64,000 bases of DNA, from the NCBI GenBank assembly GCA_002633005.1, contig NMRA01000250.1, forward strand, positions 31,534-95,533, given 5' to 3'. The translations under genes were made by a program, and so were the position numbers. Source of the stretch: Phoronis australis. Lineage: Eukaryota; Animalia; Phoronida. This document shows, piece by piece, positions 1 through 11,948 of this stretch. The notes under the pieces were generated by a model, which saw only the letters and a program-made list of their open reading frames with translations, searched no databases and had not been told where the DNA came from. The first letter of the stretch is position 1. The number at the start of each line of letters is the position of its first letter.

Positions 1-545
1 AAAATTGTAAAACATCAGGAAGATTTCAGGTAATTTGTTGAGTCGAAACTATATTTTTATTCAAGAGTACAAGTTTTCCTATTGACGATGGCGATTCAGC
101 GGCGACGCATCAGTCGGCAAGTTTTCGCCCTGTGATGAGCACAATTTTTTGAAAAATTATCGTAATTTAACAACGGAAGTTCATAGCAATGCACCACAAT
201 TTTGTAGAAAGACTGTCATAGGCTAAAAATTCGTCACAAAGCGTAAATTTTATGAATCCTAGCTTCCGATTTTACCCGTTTGGGAAACCGGCTTTCAACT
301 GCCGTAGGCTACAATAAGAATCCCCTCCCCGTGAAATGATTTTTTCTAAGCGTTTATTAGAGCCAATACAGCATACAGCTTTCCACCAAGGCTAGGTGAT
401 ACTACGACATTACTCTTTGTTGCATTAGTAACTGGTCTTGGCTAATATTATCATTTTATGGCCTGGTCATCCATTCAGCCAAAAGTAGTTCCAGAGGTGG
501 CTTATCAGCCAATTATTCACGCATGCTGACTCACAATAGAAGCCT

Positions 546-1089
546 GAAGCGTGTTCAATAGAGTGAGTGCCCGCGAGCGATTTGAGCGCCCTCGTCCTGA
601 ACAGCTGTGTTCACGTTAGTGCTCGCGAGCACTCGCGAACAACCTCGAGAGCATGTTCGCTTAGATTTCCAAGATGGCGTCCTGCGAAGGCTTCACGTCT
701 GCAACATATGAACCCATTATGGTTCTGCAACACGAAAACTAACCTCAAAAGTTGACCGACTCATCCGAAACTGCGACTTAAATTGCGGGTCGCTGTAGCG
801 AGGAATAGTTTCCTCGACGTAATTTTTGATTCTTGTCGGGCCAAAGCCTTCATGGTTGTTGTCTAGGGCTGCCGATATTAATAATTATTGGCAAAGATTA
901 ATCATATTTATCGCTCAGTACGTCATAGGAACGACTGTTAGTGTTAAGCTCATCGGCTAAGACGTTCAACACAATCTGCTTCAGAGTCGCCATACTGGAT
1001 CGCACAGTGAGCGCTCACAGCTGTTCAGGAGCTGTTCCTTGTGTTCGCGAGTACACGCTAGCGGGCGCTCACTCTGTTGAACACGCTTC
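546..1089. mobile_element. MITE-like inverted-repeat element
   Basis: gaagcgtgttcaatagagtgagtgcccgcgagcg at the left end is the near-perfect reverse complement of cgctagcgggcgctcactctgttgaacacgcttc at the right end. A second inverted pair tcctgaacagctgtg / cacagctgttcagga lies inside. No clear TSD. Confidence 0.7.
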
Positions 1090-4000
1090 TGATAAGAGTG
1101 AAGGTGGATAAATGCGGTGTTCCTACAGTTTCTTGTTTTAGTGGATGTGTTCAGGACATGGATGAAATGAAGCAATATGAGAGGATAGTTTGGCAATTAA
1201 GTTACTTTCAGAGGTTCTGGATTTTGAGAACCTGTTGGATGCCTGTTGATCAGTGGTGAAAACTGTTTCTCAGAATGTGGGACTCCTGTAAGTGACTGTT
1301 ATGCCATTTAGCTCTTTTTAGAATAGTGTTGTCATAGATGTATTATACTGCGTCTTTGTGGCGCTAGTTAGAAAAGTTACAAAAAGCTTCTACAGGTTGC
1401 ATCATTCGTGCTACCCTGTTACAATCAGCTCACGCTTGAACTTTGGCATCCTAATTAGTTGTCACAAAATGATGTATATCAAAAATATTTTAAAGTGGAA
1501 TTTTTGTGCGTATTTCTCATGTCAGTCACTATTTGTCCAAACCAAGTTAACAGTCAACATGCTGTGAGGATGCGACTACAAAGTGGCATTTAAAATTGTT
1601 AAATGTTCTCAAGTTTTGCGGTTGAAATAAACCTTTGCCCATGACTTCAGTAACACCGTGACATACGTGCTTCTGTATAATGGTGGAATGAGGGCCTATA
1701 GACTGAGGTACTTTATTTGAACAAAGGTCATCCCTCTGAATACGACTGAAGGTTGATTAATACCGGATATGCTATCAGTAAAGTATCACTAATTCCAAAT
1801 TCCTGTTTTACCTTATCATATTAATTAATAGCATGCAAATCTTCTTTGAACTACTTTATCCGCGACAGTCAGTTTCCTCACCTTCGTAGACCAATTCGCT
1901 GTCGCTACCACAGGTTTTTCTTCCCCATCTGATATACACAGCGCCACCTAGAAGATAATTGTTGGAATTTTAGTCGGATTTGACGTTCGATCCTAGGAGC
2001 AATGAGATTCAAATAAGAGTCACCGTTAGATAATTTGGCCTCGTTCGAAAATAACCTCTCAAATTCTCAAATGTTCTTTGGGCAAGTACATAATTATAAT
2101 CCTAACAACGAGGCTATTCAGGAAACAGTTTAAACAGTAAGAAGTTTTTACTCGGGTGTCTGTTTTTAGTCCATTTTCAAATCATCTTTGCAGGTTTGAT
2201 GTATATAAAAAGAGCAGTTTTTAACTATTTAGCAGATGTTTTGAAGAGATGTTGAATAAAGTAATCGCCTACACCGCACATGTATACAAAATGTCCTTTG
2301 CGTCTTCTTGTATCATATGAAGCTCACACTTCCGCAAGAACGCAGAACTAACAGTGAATGCAAAATACAGTGAAATCTCACCAGTAATTTGGGACAAAAT
2401 TAATTGGAAAAATTGGCATTCTTCATTTTTCAGTGGATTCTAACATTGCTGTGTATGCCCAGTTGTTGAAAACTTTCTATGACATTACCTGTGGTACAAA
2501 AATTGAATGTGAGAAAGCATTCAATTTTGTGCTATACATGGATGAATAATGAAACAAAACTCCAGTTGATGGCCATATTGTGTCCTAGATTGTTGAGATT
2601 TTAATGCAGCATTTGCAAGTAATGAAACGTTACTCAATCAAAATCTCAAAAAAGCAAAAAGTTATTGATGGGTGTAACTGTATGAGCCTGATTCCACTTT
2701 AGACATACGTTTTAAAACGTTTAAAAATGATGTTTACCTGAGGCATTACTCATGAAAGAACTATAGCAATGGTCAATAATGGTCAAGGCCTTGGAAATTA
2801 TAACTATGTTAAAAATTCTTCAGTTTGGAAAAATGAAGGTCAGAGCTTGCATCGGCCATTTGAAGTTCAAAAATTACAATCACTGACGAACAAAATCATT
2901 CTCAGTCAATGCTACACACTGATGAAACACATGAAAACCTTTCATCTAAGGTAATCTTAAACAATTTTGGTGACTGCCAAGTCTATCTTTGGTCTGTGAT
3001 ATTTGAGAATTATTAATTATGAACGCTATGAAATACCCGATATCGCAATATTCGAACGTATCTCACGAAATGATTTTCAAATAATTTTGTGATAACAACA
3101 ATTGTTGCAATATACTGACTAGGGCAAGAGCAGATTATTTGTTTTAATATAACTTGGCAAATAACTTAAAAAAAAATAGCTTGTCATCAAACCCTCTTTC
3201 GAGTTCTGAGCTCCACAACAGTGATATGATGAAAAGCTTATAGATACCTCTTCGGCTGAAGTTCCCAAGACTCCGCCTAGCAATACTATGCTCAAGAGAC
3301 CGTTTCGAGATACCCTGAAATGTAACCAATGTATTTATTTATCATTTATTATGGAGACAGTATTGTATTCGTTCACAGAATACAATACGAAAACAAATGA
3401 ATTTTGTATGCAATATCTCCCTAGTCTCGTGGGTGTATAAGTCACGTGAATACCAAGTAACACCCAAACAGTTGCACACTGTGACAATCTAGTGCCCTAA
3501 GTAAAAACTTTGTAAGAGTTTCCGGATAATTTAGAAACAAGTCTAAGAAAGTAAGATTGCTTCTTGGAGGTTCAAAAATTCAAATCGTGATTAAAAGATT
3601 GTTTAACATGTCAAAAATATAACTGGTGATGCCGTATTTCAGAAATTGACTTATTTCTTTTAAGCAAAAGTCAAAAACAAAAGGAGACTTGTTATTAATA
3701 TACGCGTTTGTTAGAACACAATAGTCACTTGTTGTGAGCCCAGTGTGTGCACGTGCATTTTCAATTCCAATAACAAAAGTAGGTAAAAAATCGTATCTGG
3801 TCAGTCTCCGACTCTTTGATGCTGTGAAACGAAAGATAGTACACTACCGCATCATTTTTTGATGACCATTTTGTCTTTTCTAAAGCCCAACCCTCGGTCC
3901 ACACAAGCGCATTTGCATTCTGGCGTCATTACTTGAGAAGGAGGCATTTTAAAATGACGTAAGCTGGTATCAGGTAACTTACAGTTTTATCAGATTTCAA

Positions 4001-4833
4001 AACGGAAGAGCAGAATCAAATATGTTGTTAGCCTAATGTGGATCTCGTGCGAGATCGCTTTTTCAGTACAGCTGCTAACGGCACCAAATCAACAGTTATC
4101 GCCGTTTGCCATATATTTTCTGAAATCGAGGCTAGAGACTTTACCGGTTAAAATACATTTAAAATACTTTGTCATTTGTCATGCTAGGATAGTGTGACAC
4201 AAGGTTCCAGGTTCGATTCCGCCCTGAGACTGATCTTGAAAAGTAAGTGTTCTCAACAGTAATGTCCCTTTAAGTAAGCCACAGGTTCTATTGTGTAATA
4301 GCACTCTACCTAATCAATTAAATTAAACTGTTCTTTTGGACTATTGTACTTACTGATAGACAGTGCTGTAGTGGGGCATTGGTGCACGTAGGCGCATCCA
4401 ACCACCTTTTGGCATTAGAAAGTAGCGCCTACGCACCGTAAGTTACGTTCAGTGCTCAAAGTGATGCGATGGGCTTTGGGTGCCTACTTACCTCTATTTT
4501 TACTACTGATAGAATAAGAGCTCTCTGCAGCTTCTCAATCCCTTGACGAATTGTAGAATAGTTGGAATGGCAGGACCAGTGGAAGTTTCCAGATGTGCTC
4601 TCGGGAGATGTGACCTATTGACCTATTATATCACCATATTTGCTGTCTACTGCTTGGAACTGCACCATAACAGGAGGTTTCAACTGTCCCGTTTAATTTA
4701 TTTGATTATAATCTTTCCTAGATGGATAAAGATTTACGTTAATTATTACATTAAAACACTCGACCTGGTATTGCACTTGAGGATTGTTTTCTGTATGTGC
4801 AAAATTGTTTGCTAAATAAAGACAAAATTTTAC

Positions 4834-5127
4834 CTTTGGAAAGCTTGTCTCTGTCTTTATGTTTTGACTCTCAATCATGTCAATTTTCCTCATCGTATAG
4901 CTATTCCAGGCAACTAGTATCAGCAGTGAAATGCACATAAACGCGTTGAACCACATGATTCTAAACCATTTCACAATTGTTGGCCACTGCATCTTGTTGA
5001 GCCATTGCATCTTGCTGAGCCATTGCATCTTGCTGAGCCTCTGCATCTTGCTGAGCCTCTGAATCTTGCTGCCTTTGAAATGCGTTGGACTGTACGTATT
5101 CTGTTGTTTTCTTTTTATATAGCCCAT
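4834..5127 (-). CDS. Candidate first coding exon of a nested antisense gene, type II membrane protein-like
   Basis: ATG at 5127, 98 codons: basic N-terminal tail with (SKMQWL)-type repeats, hydrophobic stretch WFRIMWFNAFMCISLLILVAW, ending at donor AAG|gtaaaa. No recognisable domain. Confidence 0.45.
4984..5073. repeat. 18-bp tandem repeat, about 5 copies
   Basis: Unit tgcatcttgctgagccat; in frame within the candidate minus-strand exon. Confidence 0.9.
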
Positions 5128-5669
5128 GTTATCACTTGTAAACAGTTGCTTCCGAATTTTTAATGTTAACGTTTCTACATGAAATAGCAATTAGGAAACG
5201 CCTGTAGTCAATACCAGCTGATAATGGCTGGTGCCTGATTTTTATAAGAATTATTTATGTTTGTTTCTGCTTAATGGTGGTCAATTGGGAATTTGTTTGT
5301 GTCATATGTTTCAACAAAAGATTATTAACAGAAGCTATTATAAAACAAAAGTTTGATAAAATTTGTAAAAATTTAAAGAGCTGACAGTAGCGCTAATTAG
5401 GTTTAAGCTGAAATTGCAAACAGCAAACTGGAATGACTTGTCATTAAGCATAAAGTGGTGACCATCTTCTCAATGAAGAAGTCAAGAATGAATTCCTTTC
5501 TTATCATGGTTTTATTGTTCTCTAAGGGTTCCACCCTAACTCATGAACTAAATGATGGTTTTCAGAGATAGACTGAATGAGATTTCAATGTTCTACGCAA
5601 TGCTGATCAACCAAAACGGTATTTTCAAGCATAGTGGTACTTGTTTTAGAATTGAACCCTGACTGTGGT

Positions 5670-6478
5670 GGGATTGTTCTAAAACCCCCTTGACCCCCAT
5701 GACCCCCTCGACCCCTTCAACCCACAACCCCCTCGACCTAGTCTACACAAGCCCAACTACTGAATGTAGAACAAGCGCTCACAGACTTGCAGGTCCAAAG
5801 AGTTTGGCCATGAGCTCGGCTGGCTTTTCCCTGTTTTTTGCAATTAGGAGAGTCCATTTGGCAAGTTTGATAGCCAAAAACAGAAAAAAAACAACGCGAC
5901 CAAATCAAATCAAAGACCTACCATCTTTACAAATGTCGTTCCCGGCAGAGTGTAATTGTCTTGCCTGCTCTTCAGTGAATGACAGACTCAACGTTTTGTG
6001 GAGAGTGTTAGTAAAATAATACAGTTTGAAAGAACAAATTGTTACCTAACAATATTTGAACGTTATGGATAATATTGTAAACGAGTATAAAACAGAAAGC
6101 AAATAATAAAAATTTGAAATTATGTGCTATATTCACGTTAACGGACTCTCACCCTAAGTTTAGTAGAAATGGGTCATTGGTAGCCGCTTGTGGAACTGTT
6201 TCTGTCACAACAATAACATGCTCACAATGTGCTATTTCGTATCATGTTCTCACGCCACTTTCTATTTTTAATCACCAGACTTGAGCCAGAGCAGTCTCGC
6301 GTGTAGGTATGTCTTATGGGAAAGTCACTCAGCGACGTAATAAGATTGTGGAATACGTAAAAAGCGCACAAATACCCCTATTGCCACAGGTTATGGTTCG
6401 ATGGGGTCGTGGGTCGAGGGGGTTGTGGGTCGAGGGGGTCAAGGGGTGTAGGGGTCGAGGGGGTTTCAGAACAATTCG
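5670..6478. mobile_element. Non-autonomous TIR DNA transposon with 7-8 bp TSD
   Basis: Left attgttctaaaaccccc followed by C-rich cgacccc repeats mirrors right ggggtcg repeats plus gggtttcagaacaat. Flanked by direct repeat ctgtggt(g) at 5663-5670 and 6479-6486. Confidence 0.8.
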
Positions 6479-7297
6479 CTGTGGTGTGATACAGTAATTG
6501 CTCAAGTATTTAACACATAATATGGCCAATGTGTGCAATTTAATATCAAATTTCACCACAAAAATAAAGAATAAAACAACTGTTAGTTCATCACTAGCAT
6601 TAGTTGTACTTCGTGGACGTCACAAGACAATTGGTTGTATTGCGTGGACGTCACAAGACAATTCTTGATATCGTTGATTTACAGCAAGGCAACCGGTGTC
6701 TTGGAAAAAATGTAAAAATGTCAGTGAAGGTCTACCCTAATCACAGAATTACAGAGCACAATCATTTAGTTAAAACCAGGATGTTTAGAGCATGGTGTTA
6801 ACTTCTTGGAACTCAGACCAGGAAGTTTGTTCTTAATTAATTATGGCTGGGTTCACTGTGAAGGTTTCCCTATTTTTTGGGAGATCACATTACCAGTTTG
6901 ACATTTAACTTTTAAACTGTGTCCAGAAGGAAATAGCTGTACAGGAGCTGGGTAATAATAGTACTAAATGTTCTGCCCAGGAGAACATGTTCAAACAATA
7001 ATCACTTTGTGGTCCTGTATTCGTGACATGAAACATTTGGTATGGGAAATCTCAGAGTTCACAACTGGTTTATTTTAAAGGTGATCAAGTTTTGCTTAGG
7101 TAATATGACTATCATACCTTGGGACTCTATATATGTTTAGTCTGTCTGAGCTTGGGATATCCCGTTTTACGCAATGGCAAGTGTTCCGATTTAGTTTTGC
7201 AAGAGTCGCAAAAAATTGAGTCCTGAAACGAGGCAACTAACAAAGACTTCTTGTGTTATTGTGGTCATTGCAAGTATCTCCAAATTAGTGTCAACTC

Positions 7298-7330
7298 TGT
7301 GTGTGCGTGCGTGCGTGCGTGCGTGCGTGC
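7298..7330. repeat. (GTGC)n microsatellite
   Basis: gtgtgtgcgtgcgtgcgtgcgtgcgtgcgtgc. Confidence 0.95.
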
Positions 7331-7672
7331 TGGTATTCATTATTTTGGTCATTCAGGACTTCTTTATGAATGGTTTAGTTGGTCCTAAAACTATCTGCAG
7401 AATTGATACAACTAAAAAATTATTTCATGATAATGGTGTTACTTACGTAAGATAGGAAAAAACTTCATTTAAGTGGTTTTATTTACAAAGGTGGACAAAT
7501 AATCATGAAAATGATATTTACAAAGATGTGTTAACAAACAAGTTCATAGATGTTGTATTCTTTGCAAAGATGGGTTGCTAAAGGACTTCATGAATGTGTT
7601 ATTATTTAAAAAACAATGGATATGCAAAAAAGTGTAAGTATAAGATAGTGTTACTATTCAGAGAGATGGTGT

Positions 7673-8074
7673 AATAGGACGGTCTCGGATTGCACAGTGA
7701 CACTCAAATCTCGCTGTATTTACCCACAATGTCATAAACATCCGTCAAGCTCATGTGCTGCCTCGTTTTCATGTCATTGGAGTTTGCATGTTATTTGTTC
7801 TTCGATTCTGTCCAAGTTTTTATCGGTTGCGTTACTCTATTCGTCCTTCCAATGCGAACGAAGTATTACTGCTGTGCTGTGGGCTGCAACCCTGACACGA
7901 GAAAGTTTGATAAACTGGACAAATACTCGTGGATGCGTGATTTGAAATTCTTCTACTTCCCGACATCAATTAGCGACACTAAAATGTGCCTGATTTCCAA
8001 AACGATGTCGCATGCTTTCTCATCTCTAGGACAAAGGGGAGTTCTGTCACCGTGTACTCTGGAACAGCCCTATT
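7673..8074 (+). mobile_element. Internally deleted DNA transposon carrying the N-terminal part of a THAP zinc finger
   Basis: Imperfect TIRs aataggacggtctcggattgcacagtgaca / tgtcaccgtgtactctggaacagccctatt. Internal ATG at 7852 gives MRTKYYCCAVGCN...KFFYFP, matching the THAP CCxxGCxN...FFxFP pattern, then truncates. Confidence 0.65.
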
Positions 8075-8172
8075 ATAGATAGACTACTACTGCTGCTGCC
8101 TCCACCGCTATTGTCAGGATGAGTATGGTGTTTTTATTATGGTAAAGTAATCTTAATTTTTTGTTTTTACAG

Positions 8173-8268
8173 AGTGTCACGGCATTTGGACGTATGATGA
8201 TTGAGCAGACGAAGCAACTTGTTGAAGAGACGTACACAGTTGCTAATGGTTACGCCCACGATGCTAAA
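8173..8268 (+). CDS. POLD1: DNA polymerase delta catalytic subunit, internal exon
   Basis: tttttacag|[32 protein letters not shown]|gtatgt; PolB region after motif B. Confidence 0.97.
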
Positions 8269-8369
8269 GTATGTATAATTTACCGTAGCTTTAGCTCCTC
8301 CAGTGTTGCAGATGATGTCTACTGTTCATCCTGTTTCTGCAACTAGTCCATATAGTGTCTCACAATTTT

Positions 8370-8535
8370 GTGGATGGTTGTAAATCATTGGTGTCCTTGA
8401 CACGCAATTGATCTTTTGAAGTTGATGCTGAACACTGGTTAAAAAGTTTATGGTCCTGGCTGAGATAATTGTTTTATTGCCCCTATGTCTGGCTGAGATA
8501 ATTGTTTTATTACCCCTATGTGTTTTGAATAGCCA
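8370..8535. repeat. Dispersed repeat (second copy about 18770-18980)
   Basis: Shared gatggttgtaaatc..ggtgtccttg and gtttatggtcctggctgaga...gaatagcc segments at both loci. Confidence 0.7.
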
Positions 8536-9224
8536 CACTCCAGTATACTAATTTTTGCTGGTCTTAAGTGGCTGCATACACAATTTGCATCGATTTACTT
8601 TTTATCAAAATTTAAAAGTTCCAAAAATTTCTCACAATTTACAACTGATTTTCTTCCTCAGTTTTGGCTTAACTGTGGTGCAATGTGGTTCAATATCATT
8701 TCTTCAATTTTTAATTTTTTCTGTGTGTACAAAATTGTACCTCTGTTATGTGTCTACAGCACAAGTGATTTCCATTTGAACCATCAGTTTATCTTATTGT
8801 TACTACTGATTTGATTCTTGTTATTTAGTTAATGCTAATATCCTTCTACATCATCAGGATCTACTTGACCTGGTGCGCCCTCTTTTGGCGATAGATTTGA
8901 TTCTCAAAGATATACACTGAATGGCCATACTGAAAATTTGGCTCAAGTAGTGTGACAAAAGTAGTTTTGGTGTTTTGTTCTGAAGATAATCACTTATGTA
9001 GTTGTAATAATTAACCCATTGTGTCGCAGGAACCACTATGTTCGTCTATTTTCCGAAATGTACAAACAGGTTAAGCTAACACTAAGCCAATGGATCAATG
9101 TTCAGAAATTTTCTGAAAATAAAATCCTGTGGTTTTTAATCGGAAATTCTCGCTATTACTATATCCCCATAGTGCGCTGACATCTCACTGAGCTGTTCGT
9201 ATCCGTTATTTGTGTCTTCACCAG

Positions 9225-9362
9225 GTTATCTACGGTGACACTGACTCGGTGATGTGTAAGTTTGGGGTCGACACGGTGTCAGAAGCCATGAAACTTGGTC
9301 AAGAGGCAGCAGACTACATCTCCGGCAAGTTTGTCAAGCCCATCAAGTTAGAATTTGAAAAG
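9225..9362 (+). CDS. POLD1: POLD1 exon with catalytic YGDTDS motif
   Basis: ccag|[14 protein letters not shown]...PIKLEFEK|gtatca; phase 0-0. Confidence 0.99.
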
Positions 9363-10350
9363 GTATCACTCACAAATGGGTATATCATAGTTGGAGAGGG
9401 ATCCGCAAAATTTTTCAGAATCAATTAATCGTAAATTTTTTTGTGATTCAAGGCTTGATTTTGAATAGGGTTTTGATAAGTAACGACAAAGCTGTTTGCT
9501 ATGATTGACAAGGAGACCAGGTCAGAGCATGGAGATTCTGTTTCTCCAGCTAACAGCAGATGATGTTGCCATACACTACCAGATGAAGATTTGCCTGCGA
9601 CTGAGGTAGTTCCACCCTATTATATGGTGTTAAACATTTTGTGCAATGCTAGATTTGCTTACAGCCAAGTTGGCATCACCACATTTACGTGACTTTTCAA
9701 ATTTTTTTAACAATCAATTTTAGCGATTTGGAATTGGTTTTGATTCTATGTCGTTCAATATGCCCTCGAATTGTTTGCAACACTAATCAACATTTAAGTA
9801 CCTTATAATTACATTGTCTACTGATACTAACCTCAACACCATTACCTCGTATGTAACGAGATAGATTGCTTGCCTTATTGTCACACCAACGTTCTTCTCT
9901 ATATGTTCTCGAAAACGGGAAGAAAAAGGAATGGGAAGCCACTAAGAGTTGTATACGGTTAAACCTCTGTACCATAGCTACCTTCATTCATTATTTTGAA
10001 AAGTTGAGGGCATTCATGACAGTGTTAGAATGTCCATTTTGGTAATTATTGTTTGAAATTGGTGTGATTTTTTAATATGTTAATTATACTTAATGCATTT
10101 TTGCCACTAGCAGTGGTGGCTAGAATTGCACTTTGATTTTGTTAGTTTTGATTGAATAATTACCTACTTAAGCCACCATGCAGAATAATAAAGTTCCATT
10201 TCTTGTCACAAAATGTACTCTTTGGAACACTTCGCCCCGTCATATGCACCCTTTAATTCCAGTTGTGCTTCCCCTATCTACTGATCAGTAAGAGGTGTTA
10301 TGCTGGCCTCTACATCACAAGGCCCCGTCATATGCACCCTTTAATTTCAG

Positions 10351-10523
10351 GTGTACTTCCCCTATCTACTGATCAACAAGAAGCGTTATGCTGGACTCTA
10401 CTTCACAAGGCCTGAAGTGCATGATAAGATGGACTGTAAAGGCATTGAGACGGTGCGCCGAGACAACAGCCCCCTGGTGGCCAACACTATCAACATGTGC
10501 CTTCAGAAAATTCTCATTGAGAG
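10351..10523 (+). CDS. POLD1: POLD1 exon
   Basis: tttcag|[17 protein letters not shown]...[10 protein letters not shown]...ILIE(R)|gtactt. Confidence 0.99.
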
Positions 10524-10871
10524 GTACTTAATGCTGTTGTTAGTTTTCAAGTGAAGTAGAATTGAATGATTTTAAAACAGTAACTGAAGTGCACTGCATG
10601 TAAAACAATGGACAAATGTTTTGAATCAATTGAAACTTAAGTTGGGAAGTCAAGGTGCTCGCAAACCTGAAAATAAATTTGATGAAGCAGAATTGGAATT
10701 TTACCTGCCTTTTTTGGGTTTCTCATCCTCAGTTACGTAGTGTACCTAATTTTCCATATTCTCCAACACTTTTGTTTATCATATAATTGTGTGGTATAAT
10801 TATTTTATATATCTTATTGCAGTTTATTGTTTTGTCATGTAAATTGTGATCAAAGCAAATGTTTTGTTCAG

Positions 10872-11024
10872 GAACCCCGACGGTGCAGTAGAATTTGCTA
10901 AGCAGATAATCTCCGACCTGCTCTGTAACCGTGTTGACATCTCCCAGCTGATAATCACCAAGGAGTTGACAAAGACTGGGGAAGAGTACGCAGCCAAACA
11001 AGCTCATGTGGAGCTAGCTAACAG
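10872..11024 (+). CDS. POLD1: POLD1 exon
   Basis: ttcag|[32 protein letters not shown]...AHVELAN(R)|gtaaga; phase-compatible with neighbours. Confidence 0.99.
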
Positions 11025-11280
11025 GTAAGACTATGAGTCAAGCGAACTTAGGTGGGGCTGGCTAACAGGTAAGACTATGAGTCAAGCGAGCTCAGTTGGA
11101 GCTGGCTAACAGATAAGACTAGGGAATAATATGGAGTTGAGCAAGCTCACATGGAGCTAGCTGACTGGTAAGACCAGGAGTCAAGCGACCTCTAGTGGAG
11201 CTAGCTAACTGGTGAAACTGGAAAAGAGTATCTATTTGAGCGCGGGCTCGTGTGGAGGTGGCTAACTAGTAAGACTAGTG
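11000..11280 (+). repeat. Degenerate ~44-57 bp tandem repeat derived from the exon end and 5' splice site
   Basis: Core ggagctagctaacaggtaagact occurs six times (about 11010, 11054, 11098, 11153, 11197, 11254). Confidence 0.9.
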
Positions 11281-11502
11281 ATAGTATTTGATAGAGCATC
11301 CCGAGGAGCCAACATGCCCTCTCGTGTCAGTCAAAATTCCTGTGTGAACCACAAGTCTTTGTTCAGCAAATCACGTGCAATTTCACGTCTGTACACATAG
11401 GGCTGCTGGTGTTAATTATGGTCACATGAGGCTTGGGTTGGTCTATGACTTTTGTTCTCAAATACCTGTTTGTGTTTTGATCACTCTTTTGTTCTTCCTT
11501 AG

Positions 11503-11605
11503 GATGAGAAAGCGTGACGCAGGTAATGCACCCAAGCTTGGTGACCGTGTACCTTATGTGATCATCGCTGCAGCGAAAGGTGCTGCTGCCTATGAGAAGT
11601 CTGAG
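11503..11605 (+). CDS. POLD1: POLD1 exon
   Basis: ccttag|[21 protein letters not shown]...YEKSE|gtgtgt. Confidence 0.98.
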
Positions 11606-11809
11606 GTGTGTAACAATTCATTTTGTCAACGTCCTTGAATGAGTATACTAGGGGCTCTACTAGGGACTCTGTTGCATGACAAATGACTTAAGAACCAGAC
11701 AGAAATTTGGTGTTATGCTCCCAGGTCACAGTTACTGAATAAAGATTCAGACATGTGTTGATCAGTGCATCACAACTTTGAAATAATTTATGCAAATGTT
11801 TTCAGTAAC

Positions 11810-11948
11810 TAGAAGTAGTGGGTACATTCTCAGAGACTTTGTGCTGTTGCTAAAATGAGATTTAATTATTTTCAAGTACAGTTGTGTGGAGCGTAATACC
11901 AAATTTCTGACTTAAGTCTTGCCACTTTTCATTAGAAACAGACCCCTG
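11810..11948. repeat. Partial copy of the MITE at 15430-15702
   Basis: gtacattctcagagactttgt...gttgtgtgga...cacttttcatt.gaaacagacccctg matches 15570-15702. Confidence 0.7.

Noticed and set aside
9011-9962. piggyBac-like ttaaccc...ggttaa element
   Set aside because: The match is only a few bases and would enclose the conserved POLD1 catalytic exon.
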